Shown here in pieces: positions 52,655 to 64,000 of a stretch of 64,000 nucleotides of DNA. The stretch's first letter is position 1. The number at the start of each line of letters is the position of its first letter. Both the position numbers and the translations under genes were made by a program. The DNA is from Nageia nagi (Eukaryota > Plantae > Pinophyta), in contig JBITNC010000001.1 of assembly GCA_050084985.1 (NCBI GenBank), forward strand, positions 86,986,001-87,050,000, given 5' to 3'. Under the pieces are notes generated by a model that saw only the letters and a list, made by a program, of their open reading frames with translations, made no database searches and was not told the DNA's origin.

Positions 52655-55600
52655 TATAATGCATCCACTTATTTCCATCAATAAGAACCCTAAAATTTAA
52701 ACTTATTTTTTTTGATTTGGTTTAACACTCGATATTCTAGGAATGAACCAGGTGATCCCACATGAGCTTGGTAATGCTACTAGCTAGTTCAGCACTCACA
52801 TGGAAAGATTTATCAAGAACCCTTAACACTCCTGTTATTGAGAATATGCCTCAAAAGTAACCTCACCATTCCTATTCCATGTCCCATGTGCAATAGGCTT
52901 TCTGGTCACAATGTAGTGGTTTTGTACTTGAGGCCTATACCACCAGAGAGATTGCACTTCCACTAAGTTATCATCGCCACTTAATGATAACTCTCCATCT
53001 CATAAGAGCACTTAGTTTTTCCTAGGCAAACTTCCATATGAATGGGTAGCGTCACCTATGGAACAATTGTCATACCCCTATTTGCTAATTGTAAGTGGTA
53101 TGACTAATAACTACCCTCACTTCATAATAGTGGTTTTTTTGATTACTATCCCCACTTGGCTCATCTATCAGAGGATATGAGTACTAACCTACCCATAACT
53201 ATTAGCTAGTCCCACCATGTGGTTCAACATCCTCGTGCCCATAACTTGGGGAGCCATGGATATTAAATAATATCCTCGAGTGGTTGTTTAGTCTAATTTA
53301 TTTTTTAAATTTATTGACAAAAAGAACCACCTATGTCCTACTGACCATAGACTAATATTTTCAAACAATGAAGTGGGTATGAGATAAGTCCAAGGTTTAA
53401 CACCATTCATCTTTGTTGAAAGTTTTGATTTTAGGCTTACTCAAGAAGTCACTTAGTTTTATTTATCCCATATGCATTATATCACATACATGAATATACT
53501 TTTTAAAAAATCTCTTGCATACATAAAGTAGCAAGTTATGAGAAAAGATCTGGCCACTATTGTTACAAAAGTAATGTGATGCTGAGTGGTCCTCATGCAA
53601 GGACTATTACTTTTATTTGTTATCTAGAAAGGTAGGTTTAATTGATAAAGTTTTCCCATTATTTTTCTTATATTCATCCAAAAAGATCCAAATGATTCAA
53701 TTTATCCCATTAGGTCCTATTGATAACCAATTTGATTCCAAGGGTCCCTAAGATATGCCAAATGCTCTCAAATTATCACTTGGAACTTTAACTCTAGTTT
53801 AGGGTTGATTCTAAGTTGTTGGGATAAGTTTGGATTTGTCAAGATTAACAACCTAATACATCTATGAATATTACCTAACAAGTATTAATTCTTACTCCTA
53901 TTTATCAAAACATAAAAATTAACATGTAATAAGAGAAAACAAATTCATATACCTTTTATTTATCATTCAATATACTATTAAGAGATACATACAACATAAT
54001 CCTCATTAGGTATTTCTAAGTTAATAATCAATTACAAGAAGTTTGAATATATCTCATAACTCCATTTATCAACATCTAGGATAATAACATAGCTTCCATA
54101 AACTTATTACAAGACATTAATGTGTCATAAGGCTAATACAATTTATTATTACTTAGTAAGTCATTCCATGCCTTGTTGTGGAAACACTTCCATACATCTG
54201 CAAACATCAAACATCGAGCATTGAATATCTCCATTGATATTTGAGCATCGAACATAGAACATTTCCTTGGAACTTGGTGGTTGGATTGAGTACTAGGATG
54301 GAAGAAGATTAGGACATCCATTTTCTTAATTGACCATGATCTATGCAATGTACTCTTTCCTAGACCTCAGGAGGAATTTAGGTCCTTTTAGGATTACCTC
54401 CTTTCCTTTGTCATTAATTCATAATTTAGTATCTTATTTTGAATAATTTATTTCATATTCCATATTAATATCTTGGATATATTTAGTATTATTTGAAATA
54501 TCTTACTAAACATTATACTTTAAACATTATACCAATAATATCAAGCCAAAACAAATTCTAATGAATCCTTAACATAACCATTTCATCTTATAATCAATAA
54601 GCACTTGTTAATAATAACAATCACCTTTATGGCTTTAATCTTAGTTTCTTTCTCTACTATATGTTCAAAAATCACTTCATTATTTTCTTGATAAATTCTT
54701 ACATTATTAAAGTATACTATACTTACTATTTATCCAATCTTTATTTCAATTACCAAGACTCTAAACTTTGTTAGAGATTTATTGTAATAGTATATCATAC
54801 ACCATTTCTCCATACTAACTTAACCTATATATGAAATTCCTTACTAAAGTATTATATTCATTTTGGGAAAAATCAAGGATAGTTATTTGAGTATTTAACA
54901 CACCTCAATATTTTATTTAGTTATGGTTTTCTTTCAACTAAACTTGACCATGCTGTAATGAATTCTTCATAGGGAAGAATGACTACATATTGAGATGGGA
55001 AAGGGCATTAACTTCTAGCTTGAAACCTCATACTTATCAACAAGCTTGTGAGAAAATAGAGAGAGAGAGTCAGATAAGAGACTAAATACATTTTTCAGGA
55101 TCATATAATGATTTGAGAATCATACGAACTCAAAGGCTTCCTTTGAGAAAGGAGGATCCAATCTGCAATCTTCACCAACATTGTATGTCATCATGGAAGA
55201 TTCAAAAGATTGAAGGCCCACTAAGAGTAACTTTGGATTCTTTTCATTTGATGTGGAGGACATGAATGCCTCAATATACATGTATGATAGATTCAAGAAA
55301 TGGCAAGGTACTCAAGCTTTGTTTCAAAATAGGTGGATTTATACAAGTGATTGTTCAAATTTGGTAATCTTTACCCACATTTTCCCAATGTAAGCCACTA
55401 CAGAAACTTTATGCTAGATATGGTGATGCCTTATATAAGAAACAAAACAAATGATAGGGTCATATGGGTGTGATCCATACATGCATAGTTTGAGAAAGAT
55501 TTATCAATATAGTAATTTATGTACCAACAAACTTTCAAAGGATGGAAGCTATGAATCCATATTTTATTCTACCATACATTAAAAGTAGTCTTTTGCAACA

Positions 55601-57045
55601 AACATTTACATATATGCCTTGAAAAATAATTAAAAATAAAATATCCTTGTAAAAATAAAAATAAGATACTCTATTTAATACAAGAATGCACATGGATTAA
55701 AGGAGAAAGAGAAAGAGCTCTTTACAGGTTCCAAAAGGAGATAAGGTAACTTAGTTACTTAGAGATTATTTATTTTATTAGAAGTAGAAACTATGTGACT
55801 AGTTTCATCAAAATATCATTAAATATTTTTGTACTTGGAACTTTCCATCCTTATATATAAATAAAGAAAAACTAATAATATCCCATCCCTTTACTTTTAA
55901 AGAAAAAGACATGCTACCAACCATTCACATGCAACATGTCAACCAATATGTCTCTTCAAAGGATACAAGATTTTGAAAAACAATTAATCCAATGAAACTT
56001 TATCAAATATTACTTTCATAAAAATCATAAAATATATCAAAATATAACTACTTTAGTTTAGTTATTTTAGAAATGTAAAGGATGCACCTTGACTTGGGGA
56101 AGGAAGAGGGACTTCTTTTCTTCATGTAATCCAAGCTTGAGAATAACCAAAACAAAATGAAAAATAGCAAGAGATAGTAGGTAGTATTTTTATAATGCTC
56201 TACACCTTTATTTATAGTTAAAGGGGTTAATTTATGTCCAAATGGAAATCTTCTCACACCTTCAATAAGTTTTGGTTAGGTTTGCTTAAAGTTGTAAATG
56301 ATGGTAATGGCATTTAATACTTTAGAACCTTTTTTATTAGCAGACAATTTAGTGCCAACTCTTATCCATACCTAACACAAGAAAACAAAATTAAGTAGGA
56401 TCATTAATCTATTATTTTTCTAGCTATAAAATATTTTTTAATACCACAAGGAAACCTTAGAGTCTATTTAATAGTGTTTTTACTATTAGCCCTATGTGGC
56501 AATAATATGGGCACTCATTTTCAAATTTTACCCCATTAAAGTCATGTTTCTAACCTTATATAAATTTTCAAATTTAAATAAGGTATATTTCCTTTTTCCT
56601 TCCATTTCAAAATTTGAATTTCAAAAATACAAAATAAGAGAAACACACCTTTACCTATGATGGTCACCTCATCCTATAGAGTAAGTTTAATCCATACATT
56701 TTTGCATACACAATTCCATCAAGAAATCAACTATCATAATAATTATCCTACTTGCATTTACATGATTTACAATAGTCATAGGGTGTGTTAGCAAATAAAT
56801 GCTAATCATTTCCTCCTCTTACCTTTATGTTTCCATCATCAATTCACCTTCAATCCATAGGGTATTTGGATCGCTTCTCCACTCTATAACATATGTCAAA
56901 ACATATCAAAGCCAACATCAAATTGTCACAAATGATACATATTCCCCTATCAATCTTGTTGTTACCATAACATTATTCAAACATAATCCATTCAAATCCT
57001 CAATGATACTCAAGTTCAAATAGTGTGTTAAGGTGGATCATGACA
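52655..57045. mobile_element. 4.39-kb insertion, probably a long solo LTR, inside the LINE RT
   Basis: Perfect 5-bp TSD TGCTC (52650-52654 and 57046-57050); imperfect inverted termini TATAATGCATCCACTT...AAGGTGGATCATGACA; LINE RT motifs continue across it; no pol motifs recognised inside. Confidence 0.8.
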
Positions 57046-57714
57046 TGCTCACTTTGTTCACCAAGGTTATCCTCTTGCTCCCTCCTTATTCATCCTATTT
57101 GAAGAAACTTTTAGTTACCTTTTATCCCATCAAGCCTCTCAAGGTCTTATTCAAGGCATCTCCCGCCCCAATTCTTTGGTGTAATTTTTGAATGACCATT
57201 TTGCTGATGACTCATTTCTCACTTTGCAAGATGATGAATAATTTGTTAAAACTACCTTGAAATGCTTGGATAATTTTTGTCTTATCTCTGGGTCCAACAT
57301 CTAGTTGCAAAAAACTTCTTGCTACAAATAATCCATGCACCCCATCCCTAAATAAATTTCTCAATTTCCTTGGAAATGGATTCAAAATGGAGAAATGTTT
57401 AGATTCCTTAGAATTTCTTTTCCTTTTCAGGCCTCCTCTACTAAGCTATGGAATTTTTTGGTTCAAAATGTTGAGAAAAAGTTGAGTTACTAGACCATCA
57501 AGAAATTATCTGTAGCTGGAAAATTTCAAATTTGTTATAATATTATCACTTCCACTCATGTTTAATATTCTTATTGTTGGGTGCCGTCAAAATATTGTTA
57601 TCAAAAGCTAGATAAATTCTTAAGGATTTTCTATGGGCTTCTGATGTCCATAAATGAGGATTTCACATAGTGGCATGGGAAACTTTTTGTATTCCTTAGA
57701 TAGTTGGTGGCATG

Positions 57715-58202
57715 TGAGATAATTGAACTATAACAAGAAAAACTCTAAACTCCTAATATCACATGAAATCTCACTATTCACATCTAACAAACTCACAAAG
57801 CAATCTCACAACACAACACAAGATGTAAGTGGTTCCTCCAACTAGGAGTACATCCACTAATTAGATCTTTACTTCAATCACAAATGCAACTCTCTTACAA
57901 TCCTCCTAATATCAACTCTTAAGTACTATAATATAGCATAACTTTAGTCCACAATTGGTGTGTAATCACAAAGAAGGATCCTTTTATTTATAGGCCAAAG
58001 TCTTTCTTTGGATGACCCTTTTATCCATTGTACAAAAGCATGACATGCACATCCTTTTACCCAAGGGGCATGCTCATGACATGGAGTGTAGGACAAGTAA
58101 CATTATCGTATTCACTTAAACACTTAAGGTATCAAATGATACATTAACTTTCATAGAATATTATTACATAACTTTTACAATGATGCATTATACATTCCAA
58201 CA
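57715..58202 (-). mobile_element. Ty1/copia solo LTR (488 bp) inside LINE ORF2
   Basis: TG...CCAACA ends; TSD GCATG/ACATG splitting GGM|G; minus-strand CCTATAAATA and U5-type GTGGATGTAC...GAACCAC motif. Confidence 0.82.
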
Positions 58203-60107
58203 ACATGGGTATTTTTGATTGTAATTCTCATGGTTGTGCTTTATGTGCAAAATTGATTTTGCAAGCTTTGGAGGGGAATGAAGCTTGGAAGCTTCTAGTT
58301 CACCATTGCATTTCTTAGGGGATTCGTTTTAGTAAAAAAGCTTAGAATTTAGATCCTCCTCACTCCTCCTATTACTATTAGAATTCTAGATTCTTTTATA
58401 ATTAAGAGCATTTGGAAAGCTTAGGAATCCCTTAAACCTTGGCTTAATTAACATATTTTAAGTAAGTTCGAGGTGCTTCTTTGGATTTTCTCAATATTTG
58501 ATGGTCCAAAGCTTTTCTTATGAGATTCTTCTTCTTGCTCAAGTTCAATAGGTTTGAGTTTTGAGATTTTATAGGAAGGGAATTGGGTCCATTCTTCAAC
58601 TTTTTAATTCCCATACCAAAAACTATCATTCATGGGATGCATCTTGGTACATTTTCCATATTAAAGTAGATGATATATCTACTTTTCATTTGGTTGTACA
58701 CCTAACTCCATTTTCCATCTAGAGGAAGCTTGGTCTCTATTTTCAAAACCAATGGTGGTCAAATTAGTTTTGGCCTTAGTATATAGGTTTTGTTAAGTAT
58801 AAGCCTCATCATGGTTATTCTTAGCTTTCTCCCAGTTTCCCTATGTATCATACATTTAAATTTACATGGGATCTTGTTTCTTTCCAATCCTACTAGTATC
58901 TACTTTTTCTATTATCTGGGCTAAGTATATTAAAACTAAGAAGAGTTTTTTCATTTGGAGTCTTATGCATTAGGGTATTCCTATTAGGCATTAATGTACA
59001 TATTTGGGTATGGTTAACTCTACTTATCCTTGTTGTAAATATTATGAAGAATTTCCCCATGTTTTTTGGTCATGCACTAAGGCCAAGTAGGCTTAGGACT
59101 AGATTATTTCCTTTTTAAATCCTTTCTTAGTGTCTCCTTACTCTTAGGTTTGATGCTATTCTTGGGGATCCTCTTCACTTCTAATATCCCTTAGGCAAAG
59201 TTTGGCATATTTTTAGAATCAATATTCTCTACCATATATGGAAAATAAGAAATAATATTGTATTTTTTTGGTAAGACCCCTAGACCACCTTCTCTCTTTT
59301 TGATAAATATGATATTTTTTATGATTGTTGGTTGTAGATTATGGTTTAAGTGTAAAATGTTTATGTGGAGGTTCAACACTTATGCAATTTACTTAAAAAT
59401 TGGGGGAATACTCCTTGCACTATTAGTCAAGTTTCACATGATGAGTTTTCTCCTTTCTAGGCATAGTCTCATGGAGCCCCCTAATGTCAATCATGTAGTC
59501 ACACCCTTGCTCCATTGCAATGTTTATCTATTGGTGTCACTCTTGCAAATTTTCCTTGACATTGGTCAAAACCTCTGCCTAACCCCAAATACATATAGTT
59601 TATAGAGCCTACTACTTCTCATTACTAGAGTGGATGGGATGTTTGGTTGGAAATTTCTACCCCAATTATGGGATAGAGAGATGTTTCAAATCCCTCCCCC
59701 TAACCAGATCATGATATTAATATGTATGCCAATGCTAGTGGAAGTAATTATAATGATAGCTAGAATATTATTGCTACTAAGGGTGGTGGTTGGGAACATA
59801 TACAATTTGTTGATAACTTCCACCCTTTTTCTTCTCATCATTAATGAGGTATTTTATTCTATTAGTTGTTAAGCTTCAAGGATTGTGATTTTGATTTTTG
59901 TTGTGGACTATGGTGGTTCATTGGTGGTCATTATTAGACTTTGGTGCGATCTTTTTGATACAAGGTTTTTTATAGTCATTCCTAACTACGAAGTAGTTAG
60001 TTTGTTGTTGTGATCTTCCATGGGTTATGCTCAATCCCATCCACCCTCTTTTGTATAGAAAATATTTTAGTAATATAAAAGCCTTTTTCTTAAAAAAAAC
60101 CTCAATA

Positions 60108-60883
60108 ACATATTAGATATGCTCTCTCAAATAGAAATGCGGAGACTTACAAAATTGAACATGACTTACCAAAAGATCACTTATTTTGAATTGAGGTTGT
60201 CCCTAATGATTTATAAGAAATCATTGCATTACTTACTTCAAATACATTTTTTGATTAAATTTTCCTAAAAGATAGATGGAAAATATTGATTAAAGAAATG
60301 TGTTATACTATAATCATTGGTGAAATATATAAAATTGGTATGGATGAAGTTATTAGAAGGGTCACTTTATAATAAAAATGCTAAGATATATTGCATGAAG
60401 CTCACAAAGGAATTGCAAGAGGATATTTATCTATGGTGGCCTTCCCTTCACTTTGATACTAAGATCTTCATTAAACATTTTGATCTATATTAATGAATAG
60501 GTAAACCTTTAATGAGAGAAAAATTACCTTTATAACCATTCTTACCAATGTTCCCATTTGAGAAATAGGTGATCAACTTCATTGGACCTATATCACTACC
60601 TGTAAGATGGACATGTACTAAATACATAATTAGAGGAGTATAATACCAAATAATATAGGTAGAAGCAATAACAACCAAATATTATACCATAAAGATAACA
60701 ATCAAATTTATTTACAAAAATGTTATTACATATTTTGGTTATCTTAAAGAAATCATCAATGACTAAGGAAAATACTTAACTATACTATTAAAAAAATCCT
60801 TCTTAAATTCATGATCTAACATTGAATAAATTTATCATATTATCTTAAAGTGAATGGAACTATATAATTCATTAATAAGATAT
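60108..60883 (+). mobile_element. Element F part 2 (integrase)
   Basis: LHEAHKGIARG, PFEK*VINFIGPI, SYYLKVNG...INKI; continues from 49258 across the LINE. Confidence 0.82.
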
Positions 60884-60997
60884 TGATGAGGAATAATCAT
60901 AATAATGATAAATATATTAATACAATACCTTTTTAAAGGTATCTAATATTCTCTACCAATAATCAATGCATGTACTGCATTATATCATTTGTAATAC

Positions 60998-61090
60998 TAA
61001 TACCATGTGCCTTCTCCTATGGTTTTAGTAATACCATGTGCCTTCTCCCATGGTTTTACTAATACCATATGCCTTCTCCCATGGTATTTT
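60998..61090. repeat. 3 x 31-bp palindromic tandem repeats in the LTR of G (copy at ~63868-63960)
   Basis: Unit TAATACCATGTGCCTTCTCCCATGGTTTTAC, just upstream of TATA-like CCTATTTAAAGG. Confidence 0.9.
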
Positions 61091-61160
61091 GGATTGTAAT
61101 TGGCCTATTTAAAGGCTTATTCTATTAATGCAATTCATCCATATCTTGATTCTACATCAT

Positions 61161-61172
61161 TGGTATCAGAGC
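61161..61172 (+). promoter_or_regulatory. PBS tRNA-iMet of element G
   Basis: TGGTATCAGAGC, 1 nt after the LTR end. Confidence 0.95.
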
Positions 61173-64000
61173 TCTCATTCAGCTCTCCTTGTAGACCTAG
61201 ATCATATTTGCATTCTTTTTCATTTATCTAGTATCCTATCAATCTCTTGGAAAGAGTAACTCTAATAAAGAGGCCATTGACCCAAGGTTTAGTGAGTGCA
61301 TATCCATCCACTAGCATTTGAAGATTGTGTTTGTGCTTGCCATGTGTTCCAAATATGTTTTGGTACAAGTGAAAAATGAAGGTCCTTTATTACTCCAAAT
61401 AGGAAAAAAACTTTGTATGTAAATTCTACATATCTATAAATTTCTAATGATATAAAGAATGTAAAAATTAGAGCCTTGGATAAAAAGGTATGACTTCTAC
61501 AAGTTGACTATTTTTTAGGGACTATAACTACATTTTTTAAGGGTTTCTGTAATTAATTCAATATCTTGCTCATACTAACTCGAATTTCAAATCCATAAAA
61601 AGTGTTGGTTTCATGATTTTGTGCTAAATATTTTGAGCAAGCTCACCTATTTTTTTGGTAGGTTTTTTCTATGCAATTATGACATTCTTATACCATGGAA
61701 ACTGCCTCTTTAGTTGATTGAGTTACTGATTTGGCTCATCTCATTGACACCTTGGTTGAAAAAATCAATGGGAAACCCAATCTGTGAAAAGCCAAATGTG
61801 AAGTTCCCATATAAAATGGAGCTGAAAATGCTAATGTACTCAATTCTTATATTGTGTACATGGAGACATGGTTTGCATTCACTGAAACAAAGGACAAGGA
61901 TCAAGTTCCTTTAGCTCTTCTTAAACTTTTTGGCATTGCCAAGATGGTCGTGTTGGAGTATGATTTCAAATATTGGGATGCACTTGTGGAGTTCCTTAGG
62001 AATACATTCTATCCTCCAAATCATAAGTTGGATTTGCAAGTGCAATAGATCCATCTCCATCAACTACGTCAATAATCAATGCATGAATTCATCGCTCAAT
62101 TCAATCGCTTGAGAAGTTTACTATCGCATGAAGATTCCATAGAGGATTTGATTCTCAAGTTTAAATGTGGCTTGAATGCCCCCCTATACCTAAGGTCAAG
62201 TTTTAGGAAGCTAAATAGTTGATGTTACTTTTAGTCAAGCTATGCTTACTAAAGAGAAAATCAATACTTCTAAACCTCCTCTAAAGAAAGATTCTTCTTC
62301 TTCTTGTGATAATTCTTCTTTGTTCCAACTTAATAATGGTTCACAACATCATTCTAATAATGGTTCTCATTCTTCTTATTATTCTTCTCAAGTACTTTAT
62401 AGCACATATTGTAAAGGTCCAAGGCATAACAAATATCATAGTCCGAAGAAGAAGTAAAACTCTCTTATTGTAACAACTGATGAAGGAGCACAAGATGCCC
62501 TCATCGAGTTCACTAGTGAAGATACAACTTATGAATAATTGCATGGTCATATCAATAATGTTATATTTATGCATCACACTATCTTACTAAAAAATTATGA
62601 CAGTTTGTTTTTCACTAGAGCACATCTTACACTTGAATTTCATGTTGATTATATCATCGAAAATGGTTCATAGAAGAATCTAACTATGAGATCCCTAGTT
62701 GATAAGTTGAAGCTATCTCTTAAACCACATCCTCATCCATATTCACATGTATGGAAGGATACTAGTTCCTCCTCAAAGATCACATGCACTTGCACCATGT
62801 ATTTTGCTTTGGGTCCTCATTTTATGCGTGAGTTCACTTGTGATGTGACCATTTTGGATTGTTGTGGATTTTTGTTAGGTAAGCCATATCAGTATGATAG
62901 GAAAGCCTTTTATGATGCATTTAATAACACATATCAATTATAACAAGATAACAAAAAGTATCTAATTTGTAGTACTCAATTTTCTCAACACATAAAGAAT
63001 TTAGTAGTTAGTTATCACTAAGATTAAAATTTTTTCCATAATGCCCACTATAAATCACCTCGATCTCACATGTCAAAGTTGAAATTTAAGAACTTCCTAA
63101 CTATCAAGAAGTGTTCTATTCATCTTCATCACTTCCTTTGATTTACCTTCTCCTACTCCTATTTAGAGAGATCTAGATAAGGTTAATGCCTTTTTTCACC
63201 ATCTTCAACATCTTCACTCCATTATGGTCAATACTCTTGAGCATACACTGGTGGTGCAACCAATTTTGATGGATAAACATCAAGTTCCTCACTCTTTTCA
63301 AGTTGGTGATCATGTTTTGCTTCATATTGATAAACATAGGTTCAAGGATAAGGCTTTCAATAAACTCTAACCCATTCATTCTAGTCCTTAAACTATTATT
63401 CAACATGTATCTAATAATACTTTTTGGCTTGACCTTCCAACACATGTCAATATTCATGATGTTGTTAATATTTCTTTTCTCAAACATTATCATGATTCCA
63501 CCTTAGAGATAGAGGTTTAACCCAGTAATACTCTTGATGTGATTCCTAATTATTAGTATCTACTTTTTTAAGATCATATTTTTGACACCAAGACATGACA
63601 CACACATCAATGATCTACAACTTCCTACCTTGTAGCTATGTAAGGTCAATTTCCTCATCAAGCTTATTGGGTTCCACATCATCGCATGGTTCAAGATTTT
63701 CCTTCTCTTGTGAATGCATTGGGGACCAATGCTTCCTTTGTTAGGAGGAATGATGAGGAATATTCATAATAATTATAAATTTAATAATAAAATACCTTTT
63801 TAAAGGTATCTAAGATTCTCCACCAATAATCAATGCATGTGTCACATTTTACCATTTGCAATAAATGTAATACCATAAGCCTTCTCCCATGGTTTTAATA
63901 ATACTTTTTTCCTTCTCCCATGGTTTTATTAATACCATGTACCTTCTTCCATGGTATTTTTTAATGTAATTGGCCTATTTAAAGGCTTATTATGTTAATG

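Larger units (their letters stand above)
49259..60094 (+). mobile_element. Full-length degenerate L1-type LINE (~5.9 kb net of two insertions)
   Basis: TSD AAAAACCTCAATA at 49246-49258 and 60095-60107. ORF1: GFFLF, KGPW, VPIWVEFPRLP, knuckle remnant. ORF2: SWNVRG, GDFN, ITLLNVSYKIIAKA, QGYPLAP, FADD, zf-RVT. Short A-tail. Confidence 0.92.
60884..64000 (+). mobile_element. Non-autonomous CRM-like chromovirus G (LTR-gag-PR-deletion-INT C-term/chromo-like-LTR), ~3.1 kb, cut by window end
   Basis: 5' LTR 60884-61159 (TGATG...CATCA); PBS 61161-61172; PPT AGGAGGAA 63743-63750; 3' LTR from 63751; protease ...PHPHPYSHVW...LLGKPYQYDR; FQVGDHV...DLP...IHDVVN. Confidence 0.9.

Noticed and set aside
60998-61090. 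CRISPR-like palindromic 31-bp repeats
   Set aside because: Head-to-tail with no unique spacers, inside a plant LTR, and no cas genes.

Overview
AT-rich plant intergenic DNA, most likely from a gymnosperm (inferred from the TatII-type domain order, LTR styles and PPR fragment). It consists almost entirely of nested, decayed retroelements, with no intact host gene or RNA gene. Left nest: an old chromoviral Ty3/gypsy element (+ strand; 1-1306, 16788-18099, ~37459-37864) is interrupted by a copia-type solo LTR (1307-16787). That solo LTR holds a younger full-length 13.5-kb Tat element (2646-16160, minus strand, TSD TGTCC) with order gag-PR-aRH-RT-RH-INT-extra ORF. A 19.4-kb Ogre-like element (18100-37458, minus) with G-patch, aRH and an antisense plant-mobile-domain ORF sits in the old element's 3' LTR. 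Middle: the 5' half of another gypsy element (~38120-40660) and a 724-bp hAT-like element carrying a PPR gene fragment (42931-43654). Right nest: an old non-chromoviral gypsy element is split by a full-length L1-type LINE (49259-60094, 13-bp TSD), which carries two solo LTRs, and by a small non-autonomous CRM-like element (60884-end). The most striking observation is in the Tat element. It has no polypurine tract where one belongs; that position holds a near-perfect tRNA 3' end including CCA, and two different tRNA-Arg PBSs lie in tandem at its 5' end. This suggests tRNA priming of both strands or reversed replication polarity. All tRNA matches are recalled from plant tRNA consensus sequences and need database confirmation.
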